A DNA stretch of 64,000 nucleotides, from NCBI GenBank assembly GCA_037134655.1, contig JBAXLR010000001.1:4294-68293 (forward strand), in the 5' to 3' direction. Below, in pieces: positions 46,377 through 54,899 of the stretch. The notes beneath the pieces were generated by a model. The model did not search any database. It saw only the letters and a program-made list of their open reading frames with translations, and had not been told where the DNA came from. The stretch is from a bacterium (lineage in GTDB: Bacteria; Bdellovibrionota_B; Oligoflexia; Oligoflexales; RGVZ01). Within the stretch, counting starts at the first letter, position 1, and each line of letters starts with the position of its first letter. The position numbers and the translations under genes are program-made.

Positions 46377-46579
46377 AAGTTCAATCAATCCTAATGTGGA
46401 CACTTGGCGGAGCGTTATTTGGAGTTGCCTTCGGAGCGATCGCTTCCATCTTTCAAGGCGGTCCAGACGTGATGCGAGGCATACAAGAATCATGGTGGTG
46501 GTTTGCGGGAGCTGGATTTCTGATCTCAACGATCGGTAATCGCAGGTCACAAGTTGGACGTTCGCAACAGGCCGGCTGA
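46373..46579 (+). CDS. small two-helix membrane protein co-transcribed with crtW
   Basis: 68 aa. AAGGAG RBS. The ATG at 46373 overlaps the crtW stop (ATGA). Two hydrophobic segments. Confidence 0.4.
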   Translation: MKVQSILMWTLGGALFGVAFGAIASIFQGGPDVMRGIQESWWWFAGAGFLISTIGNRRSQVGRSQQAG

Positions 46580-47446
46580 TCCCAATGCTTTGATCGCAAA
46601 AACCAGAAAAATCCCCTGAGCTACGGCTATTATTTTTCCCGCACTTGAAACAATTGTGCGCCTGCGAAATGCCAACTCAGGATTAGATTTAGCAGCCCTC
46701 AATAGTTTATGACCAATGCGCTGATAAACCTTTCCAGCGACCGCGATGGCAAATGAAACGCGCCAGGGCAACCAATAAATACCTTGAAATCCGTGCTCAT
46801 ACAAATCGTCGGCGCGACTCAGTAGCCTACTCACTGCTCCGGAAGCGAGCTCTGGGTTAGTCGATAACTCTTCATGTGTCGTTTCTGGTAAAAAATCCTT
46901 GGGTATATAAACTCGGCCAAGACGCGCATCCGTTTGGATATCCCTCGCGATATTAGTGAGCTGCATGGCAGAACCGAGGGACATGGCATGTGGACTTGCC
47001 ATTTTTGGCTCTGCTCCCAGAAGTGGGCACATCATGAGTCCCACCACACCAGCGACCCTAAAGCAATACTGCTCAAGCTCTTGCAAGCTCTTGTAGCTGT
47101 GGCCTTCCACATCCATACGCATACCGGCAATAAACTCAGACCTCTGCCAATCGTTCACCCAAGCGGGCCCGGCGAGGCTAGCGCCCGCTGATCGTCGATC
47201 TTCCATCTTAGTGAGCATCACCCTTGCCGACTGGGCATCGGGTGCGTCGTCGATGGCATCATCACAGCGTCTGCACCACTGATAGAGCATCAGAACTTTT
47301 TCCCGGCAATTCACGGGTAAGAAAAGTGACGCTAGGGAAAAACTCTTTGATCCCTGTCTGATAACCTCAGCAGGGGATGCATTAAAATCAATTGGTGGTG
47401 ACTGGATCATGTAGGACCCGTGGTTTGCGGTCTCGAATGGGACCAT
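46547..47446 (-). CDS. crtB: phytoene synthase
   Basis: SKSFSLASLF, YQWCRRCDDAIDD, YCFRVAGVVG and NIARDIQTDARLGRVYIP. An alternative start exists at 47410. Confidence 0.9.
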   Translation of the reverse strand: MVPFETANHGSYMIQSPPIDFNASPAEVIRQGSKSFSLASLFLPVNCREKVLMLYQWCRRCDDAIDDAPDAQSARVMLTKMEDRRSAGASLAGPAWVNDWQRSEFIAGMRMDVEGHSYKSLQELEQYCFRVAGVVGLMMCPLLGAEPKMASPHAMSLGSAMQLTNIARDIQTDARLGRVYIPKDFLPETTHEELSTNPELASGAVSRLLSRADDLYEHGFQGIYWLPWRVSFAIAVAGKVYQRIGHKLLRAAKSNPELAFRRRTIVSSAGKIIAVAQGIFLVFAIKALGSAGLLRTSNL

Positions 47447-48950
47447 AAGCTTTTAAGTCTTCAAGCACAAGCGTTGCCGTGGCCTTGGCTGAGTTCACAA
47501 CACCGGGCACACCAGCGCCTGGATGTGTCCCGGCCCCCGTAAAGTACATTCCAGCCACACGGTCATCACGGTTATGAGTACGAAAGAACGCACTTTGCCA
47601 AAGAACCGGCTCACTTGAAAATGCCGATCCTAGATGGGAGTTTAACTCCACCTTGAAATCCATCGGCGTGAAAATTTTCTGGGTTACGATGTGCTGACGC
47701 AAACCCGGCGCATAGTGTTGCTCGATGTAATTTAAGATGCGGTCAGCGTAGGCTGGGCCTTCTTTTTTCCAGTCAACATTGAGATTTCCCAGATGTGGAA
47801 CGGGCGATAGAACGTAAAATGCCTCACACCCTTCCGGCGCCATCCCAGGATCAGTCCGTGTTGGAGCATGCAAATAAAGGGAAAAATCATCTGGGATTTT
47901 TTTAGCCTTAGTAAAGATCTGACTTAGAAGCCCGCGGTAAGACTTTCCAAAAAGAATATTATGGTGTGCAAGCTCCGGATACTGCCTGTTTGTGCCAAAA
48001 TAAATTAAAAATAACGACATGCTCTGCGAGTGACCAAGGACTTTCTTACGCCCTGGTGCGGCCTCTGGAACATTGCGCAAAAGATGACTATAGCTGTGCA
48101 CTACATCGGCGTTTGAAACGACCACATCACAAGGCCAAACACCCTCTGCAGTCTTGATCCCGCTGACTTGGCCCTCAGCTGTAAGAATCTCTTCAACCGA
48201 AGACGACAAGCGAACCTCACCACCCATCTCCTCGAAGAGTCTGACTAAGGCCTTGACCAAAGCACCAGTCCCCCCACGCGGGAAGAAGACACCCCAATTT
48301 CGTTCAAGATAGTGAATCAATGTGTAAATCGACGATGTTTTAAATGGATTACCACCAACCAAAAGCGTGTGGAAGCTGAACGCTTGTCGCAGTTGTGGAT
48401 CCTTAATAAATCGCGCGACTGTTTTGAAGACGGAGCGATGGGCGCTGAGCTTCACCAACTGTGGTGCCACACGAATCATACTCCACCAGTTTAGAAACGG
48501 CACGTGGGCCAACTTGGTATAGCCTTCGTCAAAAACTTCTTTTGAATACTTTAAGAACTTGGAGTAACCGTCAACGTCCTGTGGTGATTTTTTTTGGATC
48601 TGATCGAATGTACTGACAGGATCATTTGAGTAATCAAAGGAAAAACCATTTTCCCAGAATAGACGGTAGAATGGCGTGACTGGCATCATCTCCACGTAGT
48701 CTTCCATTTTCTTACCAGCACAGTCAAAAAGCTCACGCAGACAGTCTGGGGCCGTAATAACGGTCGGTCCTGCATCAAAGATGAAACCCTTGTCGCGGTA
48801 AACGTAGGCTCTGCCGCCAGGCTGATCACGCTTTTCAAATATAACGACCTTGTTTCCCGCCGCTTGCAAGCGAATGGCGGCGGCAAGACCTCCAAAACCA
48901 CTACCAATCACAGCTATTCGAGTGGACTCTTTTGATTTACGCATATGCAC
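47388..48950 (-). CDS. crtI: phytoene desaturase
   Basis: IAVIGSGFGGLAAAIRL, EKRDQPGGRAY and C-terminal FTGAGTHPGAGVPGV. Confidence 0.92.
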   Translation of the reverse strand: MHMRKSKESTRIAVIGSGFGGLAAAIRLQAAGNKVVIFEKRDQPGGRAYVYRDKGFIFDAGPTVITAPDCLRELFDCAGKKMEDYVEMMPVTPFYRLFWENGFSFDYSNDPVSTFDQIQKKSPQDVDGYSKFLKYSKEVFDEGYTKLAHVPFLNWWSMIRVAPQLVKLSAHRSVFKTVARFIKDPQLRQAFSFHTLLVGGNPFKTSSIYTLIHYLERNWGVFFPRGGTGALVKALVRLFEEMGGEVRLSSSVEEILTAEGQVSGIKTAEGVWPCDVVVSNADVVHSYSHLLRNVPEAAPGRKKVLGHSQSMSLFLIYFGTNRQYPELAHHNILFGKSYRGLLSQIFTKAKKIPDDFSLYLHAPTRTDPGMAPEGCEAFYVLSPVPHLGNLNVDWKKEGPAYADRILNYIEQHYAPGLRQHIVTQKIFTPMDFKVELNSHLGSAFSSEPVLWQSAFFRTHNRDDRVAGMYFTGAGTHPGAGVPGVVNSAKATATLVLEDLKAYGPIRDRKPRVLHDPVTTN

Positions 48951-50028
48951 GCATCACTTTCTGCGCAAGCTCTCGCAAGGAAGACTGCGCCAACTTGTGC
49001 GCGTCAGTTTTAACAAGACTATTGATCTCATCCATACAGTTTTCAAATTCAACTACAGCCAGTTCAGTGGCTCTTTTAACTATTTGGTCGACAAGTGCTC
49101 CAGTTGTGCAAAGGCCGCCCATCATACTTTGGAATTTTGCGAATTCCTCGGAGCTAAGCTCTCGCGCAGCCACAGCCCAAACCCAAGAAGGCCTGAGTAG
49201 GGGGCGAAGCGCTTGATCGTCTTTAATTTTTGCAAAGACTTCTCCAATATCGTTAAACATCTGTAACGCGACGCCAAATCTTTGGCCAAGTGTGGTTAAT
49301 TGACGACGACGAGTCGGTTCTGCATTTCCAACAATTGCACCCAGCTCTGAGCACATGGCGGTAAGCTCACCCGTCTTTAATTCGATTGCAGCAACGGAAA
49401 TTTCGAAGCCTTCAGCTTGCGAAGTTTTGGTCATATCATGCCCCAAATCAAGGGCTTGGCCCTGATGGGCTCGCATCATGGTCTTATGAAACAGACGGTA
49501 GATCTCAAGCTCCATAGCTGGCTCAAGAGTCTGCTGCCGCAGTAAATCGGTTGGCCAAAAATAAAGCCAGTTGGCCGCATTGATGGTACGCGGAACGCCA
49601 ATTTGCATATGAAGAGCTGCTTTGCCGCGACGCATGTCGTCAGCATCTTGAATATCATCGATCATGAGTGAACCGGCATGGAGTGCCTCCACCACGCAAG
49701 CCATGCAGTCGAGCAGCTTTTCTTGATCGGCGTTTGGTGATACGCCGTGGCTGGTAGCAAGACTAAAGCCGATTCGGACCAGTTGCGCCCGAACCTGCTT
49801 GGAATCACGGCTGACAAATTCACGAACAGGCACGAGTAAGGCACTATCAATGCCGGGCGTGTCGACGCCCGCGCGAGCCGAGGTTGGTAATAGCTCCGCC
49901 AACAGGGGCAACTGGGCGCTCCCAATGACGTTTTTTTGTAAATTTGCTGGATTGTCAATCACACGTAATAGCCTACTGGATGAGACCAAATGGGTCAAGG
50001 AATGTGAGTAAAAAATAGCACCACCCAC
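48937..50028 (-). CDS. crtE: polyprenyl (geranylgeranyl) diphosphate synthase
   Basis: HAGSLMIDDIQDADDMRRG (first DDxxD) and INAANWLYF, like type-III GGPPS. The second motif is degenerate (FNDIGE). GTG start. Overlaps the crtI start. Confidence 0.75.
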   Translation of the reverse strand: MGGAIFYSHSLTHLVSSSRLLRVIDNPANLQKNVIGSAQLPLLAELLPTSARAGVDTPGIDSALLVPVREFVSRDSKQVRAQLVRIGFSLATSHGVSPNADQEKLLDCMACVVEALHAGSLMIDDIQDADDMRRGKAALHMQIGVPRTINAANWLYFWPTDLLRQQTLEPAMELEIYRLFHKTMMRAHQGQALDLGHDMTKTSQAEGFEISVAAIELKTGELTAMCSELGAIVGNAEPTRRRQLTTLGQRFGVALQMFNDIGEVFAKIKDDQALRPLLRPSWVWAVAARELSSEEFAKFQSMMGGLCTTGALVDQIVKRATELAVVEFENCMDEINSLVKTDAHKLAQSSLRELAQKVMRAYA

Positions 50029-50261
50029 TAGTGGTCGTTCTCTTTAAATTAGGGTCAAGACGTCGTGCATAAAAAGGCATCACCGTATTTTCTGAGACTC
50101 GTTTTCATGGGATGATGATGTCCCTACGGCTCATAAAACAAATGAGAGTCGCAGTGCGACAAAACTGACGCACTTAAAGAAAATGTGGCAACATGAGGCT
50201 GATTAACCATAAGTTTCTGCACACTTCATTGGCTCACTTTTTTCCTCGAAAGACATGACTC

Positions 50262-50867
50262 ATGCTTGGTGACTTTAAAAGTTTCAAAGTTTCGACAGCA
50301 AAATTGTTTTTAGCCTTCCTACTCTTACTGGAAGCTTCCTATGCCTCTGTAAGCCTTGCTAGCCAACCAAGTCAAATGTCACCAGGGGACAGTCTCGCGT
50401 CAAAGCGAACCGCCAAAGCACTACTAGGCATTTTCCTTAATGATAATTCCACCCTCATCGCGGGTGCGGCGACCACCATACCCATGACCCAAAAAATCGC
50501 CCTCGACGGCGGCGTTGACTATGTGAAATGGGGCAGCGAATTACTATCTGCAACATTTCTGAGGATTGCCGCCGGAGCTGGATATGCGGCCTATTCTGGA
50601 CCCGATTCTTTGATTCGACTTGGTGGAAGAATTGGCGTGGGTAAAATCTCAACATCCCTGACTATCCCGCCCCTGTTAGGAATCGGAAAAGGGTATAAGG
50701 CAGACACCAAGAAAACTGGTCTCTACGGAGAGCTTCGAGCTGCCTATGAAAAGGAGTTTGATGGGCTGACGTTAGGCGGTGAAATTCAAATTCCAGTTTA
50801 TTTTAGCGAAAGCACGTCTGACTCTACGTCTATCTCTGCCTACGGCACCCTCGGTTTTGTTTTCTGA
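50262..50867 (+). CDS. small outer-membrane beta-barrel protein
   Basis: Signal peptide, Gly/aromatic beta-strand pattern and terminal GTLGFVF. Confidence 0.5.
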   Translation: MLGDFKSFKVSTAKLFLAFLLLLEASYASVSLASQPSQMSPGDSLASKRTAKALLGIFLNDNSTLIAGAATTIPMTQKIALDGGVDYVKWGSELLSATFLRIAAGAGYAAYSGPDSLIRLGGRIGVGKISTSLTIPPLLGIGKGYKADTKKTGLYGELRAAYEKEFDGLTLGGEIQIPVYFSESTSDSTSISAYGTLGFVF

Positions 50868-50888
50868 CAAGTGGTGGCCGTCTTAAGC

Positions 50889-53636
50889 TTATGGAATTCG
50901 CACAGAGACTGTAGTACCTGAGCTTATGTTGCCGGCATAATCTACCGCACACACGCGAAACCCATAATTATTTTTTGAGGCAAGATTTGGCACTGTGGCC
51001 GTCAGCGCTCCCAGCGCTACCGCAATCGCGGCCCCGTCAGTGCAGCTAGCCCTCGGAGCATCAGCGCCTCGTTTGTAAACTAACCGGTATGATGCGATGC
51101 CGTTTGCATCTGAGCCTTGATTCCAGTTGAGAATGGCACTTTTTCCTTGGGCGCGCCCAGTGATTTTTCCAGTTGTGGGCGCTACAGAATCCAAAATAAT
51201 GTCGTCTTTTACAGCATTAATGGTTCGGTTTCCGCGTCCATCTTCAAACCACACATTCACAGTTTTTATTCCTTGGCCTTTTGACAGAACAATTGCTTTT
51301 GAGTTCGCGAAATTTTCCCAGCTTGAGCATGCCGAGGTCAAACTTACACACATTTTTGCTACCCCACTTGGATCAGTTGCCTCAATAGACAGGCTCGCCG
51401 CGGTGTTACGCGCAAACACGTCACCAGAGTTGATTTTCACAGATCCCACTGGCGGTGTAACATCGACGGGATCAAGCCTAAAGGACGTAGTCACTCCAGC
51501 TGAAGTCAGATCAACGGCGTTTTTGGCGCAGACCCGGTAGTAATAGGTGCCGGGACTTAGTGGGCCATGGGTTCGATATCGACCATAACTACTGTAGACG
51601 ACGTCGCCTTCCGCACAGGATTGCGGCATTTTGGTAGCGGAATAGACAAGAGTATAGGTTTTAATCTCTGTTTCATTGTCGATAAAGCCGTCCCACTCCA
51701 AATCAATATGAAGATCATTTGATGACTTTGTTGCAATCAGACGTCCGGCCGTAGGTGCAGTGGTGTCTAGAATAATTGTGCTCTTGAGCGGCTGGTCTGC
51801 TTTTGTTGTATTGCCTAATTTATCACGGAGGAAAACATAAACTGTTTTCACTCCATCACCTGAACTCAAATCCCAAGAGTAAGCCTGAGAAAATGGTACA
51901 AAGTTACTGCATGACGTGGTGTTTGACACACACATGGAGTCAATGCCACTAATATCTGTCACGTTGAATATTAGACTTACTCTGCGATCAGATGTGTATT
52001 GGTTGCCACGATTTCCACCAATCACGAATGAGCCATTCGGTGGTTCAGCATCTAGAGGCTGAATAACTTTTACTGAAACTCTCGCTGCGTCTCCTGAAAT
52101 CGTCAAAACACCTAGGCGTTGGGCCGAAAGAGGCTTTTCCAGATTAAGGATAAAACTACCGGGGCCCTTGCCACTTCCACTTGCGACTGTAATCCATGAC
52201 GCCTCAGATGCAACACTCCATTTGCATTCGGAACCGGTGTTGATGGGAACCTCAAGTGAGGAGTTAAGAGTCTTAATTTTTGGCGGCAGTACAAACTGAC
52301 ATCTCGGTCCAAGAGCTGCGGCCAAATCAAGGCGCGGCAGTTTCAGCAAGGGATACGACGGGGGCACGATGATCTTTCCCGTTCCGGCAAGGCGATCTTG
52401 TAATTGATCAGGCGTTTCGCTTGGGAATGCGGACTTTAAGACACCAATTGCGGCCGCTACATGCGGAGTCGCCTGACTTGTACCAGACATGGTGATGCCC
52501 GCCGCCGATATCTGAACCCCAGGCGCCAACATCTTTAGATCCGGCGAAAAACTTGAAAAGCAGGCGATTTTATCGGGCGCTGAGGCTTGTTTCTCCGTAC
52601 ACCCGAAGTCAACTGAACCAATGTCACTATCAAAAACTGCGCCCACTGAGACGGCACTTGGTGAACAGGCTGGATAATCAAGATAAATAGAGCCCATATT
52701 GCCCGCCGCCGCTGCCGTGAGTACTCCGGCATCTTTGGCAGTCGAAATCGCAACCGCTAAACTGCCTCCAAGGCAGTCTACAAATCCGTAACTACCAAAA
52801 CTCATATTCATCGATGCAATATTATATTTTGACTTATTGGCTATAACCCAATTGATCGCCCCAATAATGTCAGATCCGTAGGCGCCGTCGCCGTCAAACA
52901 CATCAAGGCCAATCAATTTCGCCCCGGGCGCGACAGCTGCAACGATACCGGCCACGTTTGTTCCATGAAGTATTGAATCATCAAGGACATTGTCAGCCGG
53001 TGCAAAGTCTTGAACAACCGATACCCGGCAAGTATCAGCCGGCGTATTGGGAGCTGTGCATGAGCCAAATGCAGTCCTCATATAGTCAAGTCCAGTGTCG
53101 AGGATTGCTACTGATGCTCCATCCCCCAAAAATCCTTTAGCCACGGCCTCTGGCTGTCTTATCAGATTTAAATTTGAGTTCGAATTAAACTTAAATTTCA
53201 CGTCTTCAGAAATACTAACGACGTTTGGATCATTAGCAAGAGCCGTGAGATCATTCACGCTCTTTGCAGATACTTTAAGAATGGGAAGATGACTATAGCT
53301 ATCGTCGATTGCAATTTTCTTGCTACGTGCTGAGTCAAGAACCACTTGCTTTAGTGAACGAAACCTAGCGGCTCTGGCAGTAACAGCCGAATCCGAAGAC
53401 GAGGCGTTCATCGACTCACTCATACCAAGAATTTGTGAATCGTGCTTCACAACAACCAAAAGTCGCTGCGCTCGCCCAGTAGTTAAAGCAGCGAGTACGG
53501 GCTCTGACGGGCGATCAAGTTTGAAGTTGTTTTGAGCCGACTTCGATTCAGTGGTTCTTTGCTTGCAGGCAAAAAAACTCACAGCCGCTGCCAAACTTAA
53601 GACGGCTAACAAATATTTAGAATTCCGAATCTTCAT
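50889..53636 (-). CDS. secreted S8 (subtilisin-like) serine protease with C-terminal Ig/Fn3-like repeats
   Basis: Catalytic triad motifs VAILDTGLD, HGTNVAGIVAA and GTSQATPHVAAA. Lipobox FFAC. Repeated ~100-aa C-terminal modules. Confidence 0.9.
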   Translation of the reverse strand: MKIRNSKYLLAVLSLAAAVSFFACKQRTTESKSAQNNFKLDRPSEPVLAALTTGRAQRLLVVVKHDSQILGMSESMNASSSDSAVTARAARFRSLKQVVLDSARSKKIAIDDSYSHLPILKVSAKSVNDLTALANDPNVVSISEDVKFKFNSNSNLNLIRQPEAVAKGFLGDGASVAILDTGLDYMRTAFGSCTAPNTPADTCRVSVVQDFAPADNVLDDSILHGTNVAGIVAAVAPGAKLIGLDVFDGDGAYGSDIIGAINWVIANKSKYNIASMNMSFGSYGFVDCLGGSLAVAISTAKDAGVLTAAAAGNMGSIYLDYPACSPSAVSVGAVFDSDIGSVDFGCTEKQASAPDKIACFSSFSPDLKMLAPGVQISAAGITMSGTSQATPHVAAAIGVLKSAFPSETPDQLQDRLAGTGKIIVPPSYPLLKLPRLDLAAALGPRCQFVLPPKIKTLNSSLEVPINTGSECKWSVASEASWITVASGSGKGPGSFILNLEKPLSAQRLGVLTISGDAARVSVKVIQPLDAEPPNGSFVIGGNRGNQYTSDRRVSLIFNVTDISGIDSMCVSNTTSCSNFVPFSQAYSWDLSSGDGVKTVYVFLRDKLGNTTKADQPLKSTIILDTTAPTAGRLIATKSSNDLHIDLEWDGFIDNETEIKTYTLVYSATKMPQSCAEGDVVYSSYGRYRTHGPLSPGTYYYRVCAKNAVDLTSAGVTTSFRLDPVDVTPPVGSVKINSGDVFARNTAASLSIEATDPSGVAKMCVSLTSACSSWENFANSKAIVLSKGQGIKTVNVWFEDGRGNRTINAVKDDIILDSVAPTTGKITGRAQGKSAILNWNQGSDANGIASYRLVYKRGADAPRASCTDGAAIAVALGALTATVPNLASKNNYGFRVCAVDYAGNISSGTTVSVRIP

Positions 53637-53827
53637 TGAGGAGTCATCGGCTACCGGACAGCAAAATTGAATAGGCAGAGTCTTAAAAGTCAGAGCGGAA
53701 TACCCATGCCCATCAGCAATATCTCCTTAACCGCATGATAACTTTGGCTTTATTTTTATTTATCTAATCTTTGCTACTTCTCGCCCGAACACACCGGAAA
53801 GTATGGGCTTTATTGGAGGGTCATCGA

Positions 53828-54718
53828 ATGAAAAACGGCATGCTCTTAACTGTTCTAGCGGCAAGCTTTGTCAGTCTTCTCATGATTTCTTGTGGCAATG
53901 ATAAATCGGGAAGTGATTCAAATGATTCAGGGCAAAACAGTAACAACACGGGAGATAAAAAATACCGTGACGATGAACTAAACTCCATCACTTACTCCGG
54001 GAGCCTGGTTGTCTCAGCCGCCATGCTGGGTAGTTCACTGAAGCTCGATTCGGAAACACCAAAAGTATACGAGATCTCAGCCCCACTATTTCCAATCGTT
54101 ACGACTCTCTACAATTACGAGGGCACAAATTATCCAACGACTGCCGATGGCCAGAAGGCCTTGGCAAAAGATGGATATACCACGTTTGAAAAAATTCGCG
54201 ATGCGTGCCTTACAAAAGATCCGCGTGGCTCATTCTCAGGAGGCATTAAAACCGAAGGTAATTCGCAAACTCTTACTGTCGAAGATCGCGCTGAAAACTA
54301 TTCCAAAATTGCGCAGTGCGCTTATGAGTATTTTGGCTCAAAGCCCTACTCCATACCCCAGCTAGTGTCTGATGTTGATCTATGCGCTGAGCATCTAGGA
54401 ACCGATTGGCGGCTATTGAGCGAAGACGACATCGGAGCATTTACACAAGATTTTTTTTCAAATATCAAAGGAGCGCTTGAGAAAACTAGCGGCTCATTTT
54501 CTTGGGGGTCCTTCTATTTCTCCCTCGCGGCGTATACACAAGGGTCCGATAGGAGTCTAAAGATCGGTAGTCTTTTCCCCAACGCGGCCTCGAGGGTTAC
54601 TGCAGCCTCCTATCCTTCAAGTTCGAAATATCACCTTGAAAGCCACAGTATAGATGGCGGCTCGACTGGACTAACGAGTTCCACCGTCACGGTTAGATGC
54701 ATTCGGGTGCTCGAGTAG
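53828..54718 (+). CDS. hypothetical lipoprotein
   Basis: ATG at 53828 with a GGAGGG RBS. Lipobox MISCGN. Confidence 0.45.
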   Translation: MKNGMLLTVLAASFVSLLMISCGNDKSGSDSNDSGQNSNNTGDKKYRDDELNSITYSGSLVVSAAMLGSSLKLDSETPKVYEISAPLFPIVTTLYNYEGTNYPTTADGQKALAKDGYTTFEKIRDACLTKDPRGSFSGGIKTEGNSQTLTVEDRAENYSKIAQCAYEYFGSKPYSIPQLVSDVDLCAEHLGTDWRLLSEDDIGAFTQDFFSNIKGALEKTSGSFSWGSFYFSLAAYTQGSDRSLKIGSLFPNAASRVTAASYPSSSKYHLESHSIDGGSTGLTSSTVTVRCIRVLE

Positions 54719-54741
54719 TCAGGGTTTATTTTAAATTAAAC

Positions 54742-54763
54742 AGGTTTTTCTTCTCTGGAGAAT
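54742..54763. repeat. 22-bp perfect direct repeat, left copy
   Basis: aggtttttcttctctggagaat is identical to 62171-62192. Confidence 0.9.
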
Positions 54764-54899
54764 CTGTACCATTGCAACGCACGTATCTGACGCCGATTTA
54801 AGATCTGACCGCCTTTTGCTTGTGCGCTCAGACAGTTTCCTGCCTAAAAATGGCTCTAATTTTATCTATCAGGGCAGTGCTTTATGTTCTCATCACAAA

